Source of the DNA: Candidatus Poribacteria bacterium
GTDB lineage: Bacteria; Poribacteria; WGA-4E; PCPOR2b
NCBI GenBank assembly: GCA_965208325.1
Contig: OZ242326.1
Span: forward strand, 1,792,001-1,856,000
Direction: 5' to 3'
Length of the DNA: 64,000 nucleotides
In this document: positions 1-10,067 of the stretch, one piece after another
Numbering within the stretch: position 1 is the first letter of the stretch
How the letters are laid out: each line of letters starts with the position of its first letter
Program-made: the position numbers and the translations under genes
The notes under the pieces: model-generated
Told to the model about the DNA's origin: nothing
What the model saw: the letters and a program-made list of their open reading frames with translations, nothing else
Database searches by the model: none

Positions 1-416
1 CTGTAAAACTCGCCGCGCGACGCATCGGTCAACGCAAAGTGCGCCATATAGATTTGATAGGCAGCAAAGTTCGATGACCGTTCCTGTACCTGCGGCGTTA
101 ACGCACTGCGGAAAAACGTCAGTTGGTAGCCAAAATCTTTACCGCTGTCCGATTTTAAATTTCCGGTATAATACCACCATTCTATTTTATAGCGAGGATG
201 CGGCCCGTGGTCTCGTGGAAATTCAAATTCCATCGGCTCGAACGCGCGCGCAAATCCAGCATCGGCGTCGCCGCGCATCACGCTGAGGAAGTTGGAGGCG
301 TCTTCCGCTCCGGCTCCGAACGCTGAACAGAGACTCAATAAAATCGACGCTAAGAATATGAAGAATATCAAACGCAAAACCTGAATTCTGGATTTCGTTA
401 ATTGGATAGCTGGCAT
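1..416 (-). CDS. Secreted lipocalin-like (AttH/CrtC-type) protein, 5' part; runs off the window start
   Basis: Manual translation from ATG at 416 gives a signal peptide and then FPRDHGPHPRYKIEWWYYTGNL...FGYQLTFFR, the typical AttH/CrtC N-terminal motif. Absent from the ORF track because it is truncated. Confidence 0.85.
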   Translation of the reverse strand, partial: MPAIQLTKSRIQVLRLIFFIFLASILLSLCSAFGAGAEDASNFLSVMRGDADAGFARAFEPMEFEFPRDHGPHPRYKIEWWYYTGNLKSDSGKDFGYQLTFFRSALTPQVQERSSNFAAYQIYMAHFALTDASRGEFY

Positions 417-742
417 CTCAATCTCACGATAGCATCGCCCGTGTTGTGCGTAAACCGTTATCTAATTCCGCCGCACCAACCGGAAGTGCATTAATTTTAA
501 TTATATCAAAATGCGGTTATATGTTCAACCTCCAACCCGTGCCGAACTACCTGACGTGAATCACAACGGATTGGACGCCTAGCATGAACCTTTTCGATCC
601 GCGCGCACCAAGATTATCCAATTATCTCCTCGCAAAATTCTGCTTGAACGCGCCGCACGGTTCCCATTCGCTTTTTTCTTGACACGGCACGGAATTCTGA
701 TACAATATTTTCGCCTTAATTTTTATGCTACGTCCATGGTAC

Positions 743-1218
743 GCGGGGAATCTTGCCGCGAATTCGTTATGAATCACCGAAACACAACACATAATCGTTC
801 GATTGCGTAAAACACCCATCGTAGGCGCGGCATCTTGCCGCGAATTCGTTATGAACCACAGAATAACAACACATAATCGTACACTGCGTAAAACACCCAT
901 CGCAGGCGCGGCATCTTGCCGCGAATTCATTATGAACCATCGAACTACAACACATAATCGTTCAACTCCCTAACACACCCTTCGTAGGCGCGGCATCTTG
1001 CCGCGAATTCATTATGAACCATTGAACTACAACACATAATCGTTCAACTCCCTAACACACCCTTCGTAGGCGCGGCATCTTGCCGCGAATTCATTATGAA
1101 CCATTGAACTACAACACATAATCGTTCAACTGCGTAACACACCCATCGTAGGCGCGGCATCTTGCCGCGAATTCGTTATGAATCACCGAAACACAACACA
1201 TAACCGTGTAACTGCGTA
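743..1218. repeat. Tandem array of about 6 copies of an 81-82 bp unit, each with a GTAG-type REP hairpin
   Basis: TCTTGCCGCGAATTC recurs at 751, 833, 914, 996, 1078 and 1160. Core is GTAG-G-CGCGGCA-TCT-TGCCGCG. Inter-core sequences are near-identical. Confidence 0.95.
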
Positions 1219-1268
1219 AGACCTTTTCAGACTTATTTTACTCAAAATATTAGCTAAGGAATCTAAAC

Positions 1269-2465
1269 ATGAAAAAGTATGTTGCAATATCAATACTCTT
1301 CATCTGGGTTGTTGGCATCGGGTGCGAGCAAAAACAGCGGGTCGACAATCTCAAAGTTGGGCGCATAAAGTTGCTTAATTCAGGACTCGCGCTCGAAGCA
1401 GTCGAACCGCTTAAAATCGCGGTTACAGAAGAATACGACAAAACCGAACCCCGAACCCTCTTAATCCTCGCTTACTACCATGGACTGTCGTCCGGCAGCG
1501 CTAAAACTCACGGTCTGGAAGAAAAGTTCAATCTCGAACGGGAGAAAAGGCTTGAAGCGCTCGGCGATGCGGAGATGAAATTTCTCCTCGACCTCTTGGT
1601 AAAACGCTCCCGCGTCCAGAAAGATGCTATGCAAGTCCTGACTGACAAAGGCGCTGGCGCTACCCCCCTGCTCATCAATGCACTTGGCAAGGTCGAATAT
1701 CAAAACATCCAAAACGATGTCAAAGACATGCTGGCAACCATCGGTTCCGATGCGCTCAATCCGATAATATCTGCGATTCGTAATCCCGATACAGCGCCAT
1801 CCGTGAAGGTTTCGCTTGTCCGGTTGATTGGAAGGATAGGCGATACCGGGGTGGTTTCTGATGTGGAGGCGCTCGGGGATAGTACGACCGATGCCGGCTT
1901 GAAGATGGAAATCAACGCAGCGCTCTATAAACTAGGGAAGAGCAACTATAAATCTCAGATTCTGAAAGGTTTAAGAGCTAGTGATGTGAAGGTGCGCCGC
2001 GCCGCTGCGAAAGCGATTATTGATTTTGATGAATATTCTGCGTCGGATGTCATCAAAGCGCTTGGAGATTCAGACGATCGGGTTCGAGAATATGTTGCGG
2101 CTGTCCTTCAGAAGCGCCCGGATAAGGCTGCGGTTCAGCCGCTTGTAGAAGTCCTGAAGAGTGGTGCGGACCACGCCGCGAAACAGGCGGCGTTCGATGC
2201 GCTGAAGGTACACGTGGCGAACGGGTTGGCGAGGCGGTTGGCGGCTGATTTAATCCGTAAGGAGTTATTAGGCGGGAACATCAGCAATCCTGAGGATAGG
2301 CTTCGCATTGTTCAACTGCTTCGGGAAAAGGAGTTAATACGCCAAATTGAGGCTGCGCCCGTGGAGTTGCAATTGAAATATGACCTCGAACAATACCGCC
2401 AAAACACCGAACAGCATGGACTAGTGAAGAGCGAGTTGGGACGGCTGCTAGAGGTATTGAAGTAA
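1269..2465 (+). CDS. HEAT-repeat lipoprotein
   Basis: Signal peptide with lipobox-like GIGC. Repeated VRRAAAKAI / VREYVAAVL helical units. RBS AAGGA. Confidence 0.8.
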   Translation: MKKYVAISILFIWVVGIGCEQKQRVDNLKVGRIKLLNSGLALEAVEPLKIAVTEEYDKTEPRTLLILAYYHGLSSGSAKTHGLEEKFNLEREKRLEALGDAEMKFLLDLLVKRSRVQKDAMQVLTDKGAGATPLLINALGKVEYQNIQNDVKDMLATIGSDALNPIISAIRNPDTAPSVKVSLVRLIGRIGDTGVVSDVEALGDSTTDAGLKMEINAALYKLGKSNYKSQILKGLRASDVKVRRAAAKAIIDFDEYSASDVIKALGDSDDRVREYVAAVLQKRPDKAAVQPLVEVLKSGADHAAKQAAFDALKVHVANGLARRLAADLIRKELLGGNISNPEDRLRIVQLLREKELIRQIEAAPVELQLKYDLEQYRQNTEQHGLVKSELGRLLEVLK

Positions 2466-2516
2466 TCGTCACGCGGAATTAAGTCAAACGGGAATACGTT
2501 CATCAGGAAGAGATTC

Positions 2517-3542
2517 ATGATTGGCACAGATCGAGGTCCTCTTATGCAGGCTGAAAACCGCGCTCACACACCCTATCGAGTCAGCGTTAATCAATACAGC
2601 GAATTTCGGGAACGTGGGTTCCTGACAGTGCGCGGCTTAATCTCGCACGACGATGTCCAAGAACTGAACAATCACATGGAAGACGTGTTGGCAGGCCGTG
2701 AGTCGTTCCCCGGAGTCCCGCCGGCGCCCGAACACCTGCCGCCCAACGAAATTGCCAGCTACTGGGAGCGCGTCCACATGCTGCACCGGGTTTCGCCGCT
2801 GCACGAGCGGTATCTCCTCCACCCCCGTATCCTCGACGTGCTTGAGGCAATTATCGGTCCGGATGTGCTCGCGCTCCAGACGATGTTGTTCTTCAAACAG
2901 CCGGGTCAACCCGGCCAGGGTTATCACCAGGATTCTTATTACATCCCGACGTTGCCGGACACATTGTGCGGAGCATGGCTCGCCCTTGAGCCGGCGACCG
3001 AGGAAAACGGCTGCATGTGGATGGTCGCCGGGTCACAATGCGAGCCAATCTACCCGGACTTAGATGGCGTCACCGAGAACGGCGACTGGGGGCTGCGCGA
3101 TATCCAACCGATTGCAGCCGCGAGCCATCCTGACGTATCGCTCAACGGTTTGGCGCGGGTGGCGCACAAGTATGCCGGGAAAGAGGTGCAAGTCGAAGCA
3201 CAACCTGGAGATGTGGTCTTCTTCAACGGTCATATTCTGCACCGTTCACATGCCAACCGATCGAAGACGCAGTCCCGCCACACGTTCGTCGGCCACTACT
3301 GCAACGCCCGTTCGCTAGTGCCCTGGAACTACAAGAAGAACTCCTACGAAGGCGAGTCAGCAAACTATCTGCATATCCTCGCGCGCGGATCGACTCACCT
3401 GCCCTACGCGCAACCAAACTTCGATACGCCCTGCGCCGCGAACCGCCCCGACCTTTACGGCAAACGCCCCAGCCGCGTTCAACCTGTTTCGATGACGCCG
3501 ACCGACAAGGGAATTGGCGTGCTAGAGCCAGATTTAGAATGA
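2517..3542 (+). CDS. Phytanoyl-CoA dioxygenase (PhyH) family 2OG-Fe(II) oxygenase
   Basis: HQD motif, ENGCMWMVAGS, and GDVVFFNGHILHRSHAN-x5-R. Confidence 0.92.
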   Translation: MIGTDRGPLMQAENRAHTPYRVSVNQYSEFRERGFLTVRGLISHDDVQELNNHMEDVLAGRESFPGVPPAPEHLPPNEIASYWERVHMLHRVSPLHERYLLHPRILDVLEAIIGPDVLALQTMLFFKQPGQPGQGYHQDSYYIPTLPDTLCGAWLALEPATEENGCMWMVAGSQCEPIYPDLDGVTENGDWGLRDIQPIAAASHPDVSLNGLARVAHKYAGKEVQVEAQPGDVVFFNGHILHRSHANRSKTQSRHTFVGHYCNARSLVPWNYKKNSYEGESANYLHILARGSTHLPYAQPNFDTPCAANRPDLYGKRPSRVQPVSMTPTDKGIGVLEPDLE

Positions 3543-3767
3543 ACTGCCGTCATCACCGCTTAACCCAACCTACAAAAGCTGTCGGGACCGGCCTCCTGTA
3601 AAATCAATCTCCAAATCGAGACACATAACCATGGCAACCCCACCCCTCAATCTCCCCTTATAAAGGGGGGATCAACGGACTGAATAGGGAAGCCGATAGT
3701 CTTCTCCACCCCAGCTTGTCCGTAACGCTTCCAACAAACCAATCGCGCCGCAATATCCAAAAATTAC

Positions 3768-4076
3768 TGTAGGTTGGGTAGAGCGAATAATCCCAAATCG
3801 GTTCCGGTAGGATTTAACCTTTCCGAATGTCCAAGGATGCTACTGTCAAAATACACGGAGCGAAACCCAACGTATTTGTAACCTCCCGCAACCCTAACGG
3901 GTTCAGACTTCAATACACCGCTCCGAATTTCAAATATTCCCTTTGCATTTCCCTGTTCCTATCGTTCTGGCGATGATGTCTACCGTTAGGCTTTCCGAAC
4001 ATTTCAAAAACGTTGGGTTTCGCAGAAGACTATCGCCTTCCCTATTCGGTCAGTTGATCGCTCTACCCAACCTACA
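3768..4076. repeat. REPIN-like inverted doublet of GTAG REPs
   Basis: GTAGGTTGGGTAGAGCGA (3769-3786) and its exact reverse complement (4058-4075). Inner inverted pair GCGAAACCCAACGT (about 3860) and ACGTTGGGTTTCGC (about 4010). Confidence 0.85.
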
Positions 4077-4158
4077 AAAACCATGCGCGAACCTGCCCAA
4101 TTTTCGAATGTCTTTAATCCACGCCGTCATCGTTAATTGACATACCATCATAATATAT

Positions 4159-6177
4159 GTGAATATGAATGTAGATGACTATTTCTGCCCCCGGAACGAT
4201 TTTATGAACCTACCGAACCAATCACACACAAATTTAACAAAAGGGCTCACTCTCAGGGCACTCGGCATTGGCGTGGTCCTGATGGTTTTAAACGCATACT
4301 GGTTGAATGATGCCGCTTGGGGCGGTCGGACGTTGCACACCTACATCTCCTTGTTCGTCAATACGGTATTCTGCCTATTTGTGCTTGTTCTGTTGAATCT
4401 TGTATTGAAGCGAGCGTTCCCCCGCCACGCACTCCACAACACCGAAATCTTCGTTGTCTACGTCATGCTGGTCACGGTTTCCACGCTTGGCGGAAACACA
4501 AATATGGGCTATCTGATATATCATTTGGCGCATCCGTTCTGGTTCGCCACCGCAGAAAATGACTGGATTCGGCTTTTCGGCGGACATATCCCCGACTGGT
4601 TCGCTGTCCGCGACGGAAATGTCCTACGCGGATTTTACGAGGGGGAGTCATCCTTTTTTGCCGCCCAAAACCTCTACGGCTGGCTGGTTCCGGCGCTCGC
4701 TTGGTCCGCCTTCATATTTGTCCTTTACTTCGTCCTAATCTGCATGAATGTAATCCTCAGAAGACAGTTCACAAACCATGAGCGGCTGACCTATCCCATC
4801 GCCCAACTGCCGTTGGAGATGGGACGCACACAGGCACGCTTTTTTCGCAACCGCCTGATGTGGATAGGGTTCGGCATCGCAGGCGGGATTGAGCTAGTCA
4901 ACGGATTTCATTTCCTGTACCCCGCCATCCCGTCTATCCCTGTGGGTCAACGCGTGTTCTCAGGCATATTTCAGGAAAAACCGTGGGACGCTGTCGGCAG
5001 CGTGCTTTTTTCGGTTTGGCCTTCAGTGGTCGGCCTCGCGTTTTTCCTGCCCTTAGATTTAGCGTTCTCCGCGCTGTTCTTTTACTTTTTCGGGAAAATC
5101 CAACTCGTCGCGTGCAGTGCGTTCGGGTGGCATACAACCCCTTACCTTGATGAACAATCGCAGGGGGGCTGGATCGGATTGGGGCTGCTCGCTTTATGGA
5201 TTAGCCGCCGACACCTGAAAACCGTCTTCTCCGCGGTGGCGGGAAGGCGCCCCAAACCGCCGGGTATGCCTGACCTAAAGGAAACCGCGCAGAGCCGGGT
5301 AGACGATTCTTCGGAGCCGATGCCGTACCGGTACGCCGTTTGGGGAATAATAGGAGGGTTACTCCTTATCATGCTGTTCGGCTACAAAGCCGGGGCTTCG
5401 CTTTGGGCGATTGCGGTCTTCTTTTCCATCTATTTTATTATCGCCATTAGTCTGACTAAGGTTCGGGCGGGACTTGGACCGCCCCTGCACGAGATGTACG
5501 GAAAAGACCCTGGAGCCATAATGGTCTCCGCCTTTGGTGCGCGGCGCATTGGCGCTGCGAACTTAACTGTCTTGTCATTCTTTTTCTGGTTGAACCGCGT
5601 CAACACTGCCCATCCGATGCCCAATCAATTGGAGGCATTTCACATCGGCCGCCAAACCGGGATAAATGGGAGACACCTGATCATTGCGATGTTAATTGCG
5701 CTAGGCGTCGGCATACCGTTGACATTTATCACCTACCTCCAACTCTCATACAATTTCGGCGGGTTCGGCGCATTTCACACGCATTTTCCCATGGCGTGGG
5801 GATTCAATAGCTTAGAAAAGCGGCTGGCCCATCCCGCGGGCACCGACTATGCCGCCGTGACCGCCATGGGAATAGGCTTCGGTTTCACCATGTTCCTCAC
5901 CGCCATGAAGATGCGGTTTCTCTGGTGGGGACTCCATCCAATCGGTTACGTGCTCGGCACAGGGCGTTTGGGCGGGGATATGAATTTCTTCTGGTTCCCC
6001 GTCCTTGTCGGTTGGGCAATTAAATCTATCGTGCTGCGGTACGGCGGCCTGCGCACTTATCGAAGCGCAATCCCGTTCTTCGCCGGGCTAATCCTTGGCG
6101 ACTACGTAATCGGCGCCGTATGGAGCCTCATCGGCATCACCTTCCAAATCCCGACCTATAAGATTCTGATTGAGTGA
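4159..6177 (+). CDS. Polytopic membrane protein, DUF6785/DUF6784-type putative peptide transporter (start may be ATG 4204)
   Basis: More than 14 hydrophobic segments. Motifs ERLTYPIAQLP, WWGLHPIGY and GLILGDY are typical of this family. Confidence 0.75.
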   Translation: MNMNVDDYFCPRNDFMNLPNQSHTNLTKGLTLRALGIGVVLMVLNAYWLNDAAWGGRTLHTYISLFVNTVFCLFVLVLLNLVLKRAFPRHALHNTEIFVVYVMLVTVSTLGGNTNMGYLIYHLAHPFWFATAENDWIRLFGGHIPDWFAVRDGNVLRGFYEGESSFFAAQNLYGWLVPALAWSAFIFVLYFVLICMNVILRRQFTNHERLTYPIAQLPLEMGRTQARFFRNRLMWIGFGIAGGIELVNGFHFLYPAIPSIPVGQRVFSGIFQEKPWDAVGSVLFSVWPSVVGLAFFLPLDLAFSALFFYFFGKIQLVACSAFGWHTTPYLDEQSQGGWIGLGLLALWISRRHLKTVFSAVAGRRPKPPGMPDLKETAQSRVDDSSEPMPYRYAVWGIIGGLLLIMLFGYKAGASLWAIAVFFSIYFIIAISLTKVRAGLGPPLHEMYGKDPGAIMVSAFGARRIGAANLTVLSFFFWLNRVNTAHPMPNQLEAFHIGRQTGINGRHLIIAMLIALGVGIPLTFITYLQLSYNFGGFGAFHTHFPMAWGFNSLEKRLAHPAGTDYAAVTAMGIGFGFTMFLTAMKMRFLWWGLHPIGYVLGTGRLGGDMNFFWFPVLVGWAIKSIVLRYGGLRTYRSAIPFFAGLILGDYVIGAVWSLIGITFQIPTYKILIE

Positions 6178-6426
6178 ATTCTACTGCATATAGCACTACA
6201 CTATCATCAGTCTTTGTAGGACGGGTAGAGACCGACGCAGCGAATGTTGACGGCGATAGAATTAAGTTTTTTTAGGTTGGGTAGTTTACTTACCCCATTT
6301 GTTTGGACACAAAAGCCGTTGTCAGAGGTCGAGGCAATGGCTTTTTGTTTATGGATTTTTACTAAGGAAGGTTAATCTTGAAAATGTTAGAACGGTGTGG
6401 TATATTGCCAATATAAGGAGGCTAAA

Positions 6427-6729
6427 ATGCAAATTTGAGGCGAACCTATTCATTTGTGCTTGCTCTCTACTGAAACGGAGACTGAGACTTTTACATTGTC
6501 AACCAAGTATCAGCAATATAATGTCCACGTACTGTCAACCAGTTAGGAAGAATCACCAAGTGAGATTAAAGTTTTTCGTGCCGCATCTGCGGAGGCGTGT
6601 TTGACTTTGAGTTGGGACGAAAATAGGCGTATTTACAGGTATTTCAATAAGGATAATGATAGAGACATCATTAGGATTTGGGCGGGCGATTATCGAATCT
6701 CGATTAGTAAAGCTGGGGCGATTGAATAA
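6427..6729 (+). pseudogene. Possible decayed 100-codon gene with two internal stops
   Basis: Strong RBS AAGGAGG before ATG 6427. The frame stays open to TAA 6727-6729 apart from TGA at codon 4 and one TAG. Its stop abuts the ATG of the next ORF. Confidence 0.35.
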
Positions 6730-6894
6730 ATGACGCCTGCGATAGTCGGGGATTATGACTATTCAGAGGGCTTTATGCTTATGGAAAATGCTGCTGTTAT
6801 GTCGCAACTCAGAATCAATAAACTCGAGACGTATGTGGAAGAACTAAGAGCTAGAATTGAACAGATAGAGGCGGAATTACCAGATAGAAAGTAG
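6730..6894 (+). CDS. 54-aa hypothetical protein with a coiled-coil-like C-terminus
   Basis: MTPAIVGDYDY...RINKLETYVEELRARIEQIEAELPDRK. Starts immediately after the upstream TAA. Confidence 0.35.
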   Translation: MTPAIVGDYDYSEGFMLMENAAVMSQLRINKLETYVEELRARIEQIEAELPDRK

Positions 6895-6960
6895 CATTAA
6901 AAAGGCGTAGAGCGTGTAGCGTTACGTCCGCACGATAATGTTAACTTTATCTAACAGGAA

Positions 6961-7333
6961 GTGGTTATTATGGATATTATAGAAACGGATAGTAGACTTT
7001 TACGACAATATAAAGGGGTAACTCGCTTTACCCTATGCACTCATATTACATCATCCGGTAATAGCCCCTTTAATAAATGGTTTAGTAAATTAGATGGAAC
7101 ACAGAAGAATCAGGTGCGAACTCGTTTAGACCGGGTACAGAATGGACAAATGGGCCACAGTAAATCTGTTAGACAGAACATGGAGGCGATTTTATTCAAA
7201 AGTGGGATGAGAATTTACTTTAACACGTGAGTCCCCAAACGTTATAATTTTGTTATGTGGAGGCAACAAAGCTTCACAAGATAGGGACATTAACCAAGCT
7301 CTAAAATTTATAGGTGAAAGATATGGAAAATAA
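6961..7333 (+). pseudogene. Frameshifted RelE/ParE-type addiction-module toxin (HI1419-like)
   Basis: N part SPFNKWFSKLD...RTRLDRVQNG...GMRIYF stops at 7230. The +1 frame continues TRESPNVIILLCGGNKASQDRDINQALKF to TAA 7331-7333. Removing one A at about 7222 restores a full toxin. Confidence 0.85.
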
Positions 7334-7562
7334 CACGCAAGACTATAGAGAACATCAAATTCAAGACTTGTGGGAAGATCCTTATGCTATACTTGATTAC
7401 TTAAAAGCCTCTCTTGAAGCGTATAACGAAGACGGAAACCATGAAGCTCTAATAATTGCCTTATACACTATTGATAAGGCACTAGATGAACCTTTAGGGA
7501 CAGTCATTATACAAACAATGCAGAAGTTACATGAGCAACCTAAGCCGCTGATAGAAGTCTAA
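7323..7562 (+). CDS. Addiction-module antidote (HI1420-like), N-terminal domain only, no obvious HTH
   Basis: EDPYAILDYLKASLE...DGNHEALIIALYTIDKA. Overlaps the restored toxin stop. Confidence 0.65.
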   Translation: MENNTQDYREHQIQDLWEDPYAILDYLKASLEAYNEDGNHEALIIALYTIDKALDEPLGTVIIQTMQKLHEQPKPLIEV

Positions 7563-7598
7563 CCTTTAATTCCTTAAAAGTTTTATAAGGAGCATATT

Positions 7599-7892
7599 AT
7601 GTCTAAGCATGATGAAATAGCCAGAGAAATTGCTACGAAACATGGGGTGAGATACAATAAAGGAAAAGGGGTTGACGTAGTTACTTCAACGAAAGCAATT
7701 GAGGTGGAAACTGAAAATTCGGTGTCGGAAGCAAAAGGGCAGTTATCCCACTATAAAACTCGTACACCCTATGTCGCGGGCGTAGATAGTAAAACTGTAA
7801 AGAAAGCGAAAGAAGTTTATAAAGGTACGGGGATCGGGGTAATGGATAGTAAGGGTAAGATAGTTAAGCGTGGGCGTCGTAAACGCAACTAA
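7599..7892 (+). CDS. Small basic protein, possibly PD-(D/E)xK nuclease fold
   Basis: RBS AAGGAG. Pattern GVDVVT..KAIEVET...KGQLSHY. Followed by a terminator. Confidence 0.6.
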   Translation: MSKHDEIAREIATKHGVRYNKGKGVDVVTSTKAIEVETENSVSEAKGQLSHYKTRTPYVAGVDSKTVKKAKEVYKGTGIGVMDSKGKIVKRGRRKRN

Positions 7893-7913
7893 CAACAATC
7901 TTAAATATCATTG

Positions 7914-7943
7914 GGGCAGGGTCAGTATTCCTGCCCTTTTTTT
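7914..7943 (+). terminator. Intrinsic terminator
   Basis: GGGCAGG-loop-CCTGCCC followed by T7. Confidence 0.85.
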
Positions 7944-8353
7944 GCAGACATTTTACTACGCACCTAAAAGACTACGCGGGATTAAGGATCCGTCAAGGAT
8001 TTAGTAGTGGGGGTGTTGGGCCGAATCTTTGAGGGATGAGTTACACTTGGGTCGTCAGATAGCCCTCACTAGTATTCTCCGTACCGTCCACCAAACCGCG
8101 CCTTTGCCTTAGGTCAATTTTAGAATTTCAACTCTTGTGACGTGTGCATTAACCGGTTCGATGGTTGTATTTACCAAGTGCCTTAGTCTTAAGATTAGAC
8201 TATCATGCGGGGAATTCTATCGGCCTCGCAACGGGTTAGGCAGCTCGGCCAGTCCAACGAATAACAAGAGCGGCGCCAAAAGTCTATCCAACACATTCCT
8301 CACAGAATGTCTAGCCAAGAATTAGGCAGTGACCCCAATTGGTTGGACCGTAA

Positions 8354-8524
8354 AAAAAACTTGCCGAGAATCCCTACGCGCCAAACAACAATGTAACTCG
8401 CTTAAGAGGCAAGTCTAGATATCGGCTGAGAGTAGGCGATTGGCGGGTACTTTATGAAATTGATGACGACCTCCACATCATTGAAGTCATAAAAATTGGA
8501 ACTGTAGTCGGTGTTTATAGATGA
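8354..8524 (+). pseudogene. 5'-truncated RelE-family toxin
   Basis: KLAENPYAPNNNVTRLRGKSRYRLRVGDWRVLYEIDDDLHIIEVIKIG...VYR* matches the RelE C-terminal half. In-frame TAA at 8351 and no start codon. Stop overlaps the next ATG (ATGA). Confidence 0.85.
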
Positions 8525-8886
8525 ACCTAGAAACCATCGAAAGAAACGGCCAGAAATTTGTTCTTGTACCGATAGACCAGTATAATCGAGTTTTAGAAGA
8601 TTTGGAAATGCTTGAAGACAATCGTGACATCGAAAGGATAATAGCCCTTGATGAGGAGGCATTCCCCAGTGAGTTGATTGATCGGTTGGTTCTTGAAGAC
8701 GAAAACCCGATTAAGGTGTTCCGCGAGTATCGTGGACTCACGCAGGAACAACTTGCAGAAAAATCCGGCATTCAACTCACGGATTTAGCAACAATTGAAA
8801 CAGAACAAGCGTCCGGATCTGTCGAATTGCGGAACCTGATTGCCGACGCACTCAATCTTGATGTCGATCTGATTTCAATTTCTTAG
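8521..8886 (+). CDS. XRE-family HTH antitoxin (HigA-like)
   Basis: NPIKVFREYRGLTQEQLAEKSGI...IETE HTH. N-terminal FVLVPIDQY segment. Coupled to the relE remnant. Confidence 0.88.
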   Translation: MNLETIERNGQKFVLVPIDQYNRVLEDLEMLEDNRDIERIIALDEEAFPSELIDRLVLEDENPIKVFREYRGLTQEQLAEKSGIQLTDLATIETEQASGSVELRNLIADALNLDVDLISIS

Positions 8887-8980
8887 TCATCACGTTACTT
8901 GCCTCGTCTTTCCCGTCCCCATCGTGTAAAAGAACTTGCGGCAATACAAAAGCCGAGAGCATTCCCCCTCGGCTGAACGA

Positions 8981-9166
8981 TTAGATGCTTGGTATTCCTA
9001 AATACCTACAAATTTTTTGAGCAGTTATATCAGCTATCTCCGTGTGCCGCGGTACAGTAGTTTTCGAATCAGATTCCGGGTTAATCCATATGGAGTGGTT
9101 TCTTCATTCTCTATGCAATTTACAGTTGTTCGTGCGTAAATGCTTTAGTAGTTTCTGTCGTTTCAT
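8981..9166 (-). pseudogene. hicA: HicA toxin with a nonsense codon
   Basis: MKRQKLLKHLRTNNCKLHRE*RNHSIWINP...TTVPRHTEIADITAQKICRYLGI. TGA at 9104-9106 replaces the conserved Gly of the REGxxH motif. Confidence 0.88.
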
Positions 9167-9622
9167 TCATAAATCGACTCATAGGTAAATTGGCACTTCC
9201 TGATAATCGTTATCAGATATGTTTCTTCTTGGTTTCTCGCTATCACAGTCTAGAATATCCGCTAACCCCAAATGTAATGATTCGATAAGCTCCTCATAAG
9301 TATGTTCTTGGCAAACTACGCCCGGAATTTCCTTAATCCAGCATATCCACCATTTATCGTGTTGCTGGATAATGGCGGTATATTCTTTCTGGTTTGTGCT
9401 TGTCACATCACGTTCCCCCATTTTAGCTGCTGCGCAATGTTGCAATAATGCCGCATAACATGAGCATTTCTACTGTATTCTTTAGTATACTATATATATA
9501 TCTTTGTAAGTGTCAAATAATTTCTTGTGATCTTTCCCCCATCCATTAGATAGTTTTGAAAAAGATTAAAGGTGGAGATCTGTGCCAATTCAATGCAATC
9601 CCGTTATTTCTTCGTTAATAGC
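9091..9622. repeat. 532-bp direct repeat, left copy (partner 10935-11466)
   Basis: Manual alignment gives about 11 substitutions and no indels. Ends exactly at the IS left end. Confidence 0.95.
9179..9445 (-). CDS. hicB: HicB-family antitoxin, copy 1 (likely start GTG 9406)
   Basis: YTAIIQQHDKWWICWIKEIPGVVCQEHTYEELIESL. Lies directly upstream of hicA. Confidence 0.85.
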   Translation of the reverse strand: MQHCAAAKMGERDVTSTNQKEYTAIIQQHDKWWICWIKEIPGVVCQEHTYEELIESLHLGLADILDCDSEKPRRNISDNDYQEVPIYL

Positions 9623-9742
9623 TGTAATTACCCCCAAAAACTAGACAATTGAATAAGAGATCTTTTCGACTAGAAAAATGGTCATCATCTGAGCGAAAAT
9701 AGGACTCGGAAACGCCAAGAAAAAGAAAGGAGTTTCTCCACC

Positions 9743-10030
9743 ATGTCCCGTAGAATACAGCGTGATGGCCGATTCAAAGCGCAAGTGGCTCTTGAAGCTA
9801 TCAAGAATCAGCAGACTATCAGTCAAATTGCCAGTGAATACGGTGTCAATCCGGCACAAGTTAGCCAATGGAAAAAACAAGTGCTTGAGGAATTACCTCA
9901 ACTCTTTGCGAAGGGACGTTCGAAAACAGCTTCCGACAACGACGAGCTAGTGTCTGAACTGTATCGCCAGATTGGTCAGTTGAAGGTAGAACTGGACTGG
10001 CTTCAAAAAAAAACGTCCCGCCTCCGTTGA
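9743..10030 (+). CDS. IS3 transposase OrfA (HTH)
   Basis: FKAQVALEAIK...TISQIASEYGVNPAQVSQWKK...LYRQIGQLKVELDWLQKK. Confidence 0.95.
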   Translation: MSRRIQRDGRFKAQVALEAIKNQQTISQIASEYGVNPAQVSQWKKQVLEELPQLFAKGRSKTASDNDELVSELYRQIGQLKVELDWLQKKTSRLR

Positions 10031-10067
10031 ACAGCAGCGGCAGCTTGTTGAACCGGAGTGCCGTTCA

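Noticed and set aside
622..955. ORFs 622-930 and 767-955 as proteins
   Set aside because: They are translations of the 82-bp tandem repeat.
743..1218. CRISPR array
   Set aside because: The sequences between the palindromic cores are near-identical rather than unique spacers, and there are no cas genes in the window.
8008..8093. tRNA- or tmRNA-like segment (GGGGGTG...TCCACCA) as an integration site
   Set aside because: The ends do not form an acceptor stem and there is no TTCRA T-loop.
6427..9166. Alternative genetic code or stop read-through explaining the internal TGA/TAG codons
   Set aside because: TGA and TAG end many intact genes here, and the lesions are mixed (frameshift, truncation, nonsense), which fits decay.
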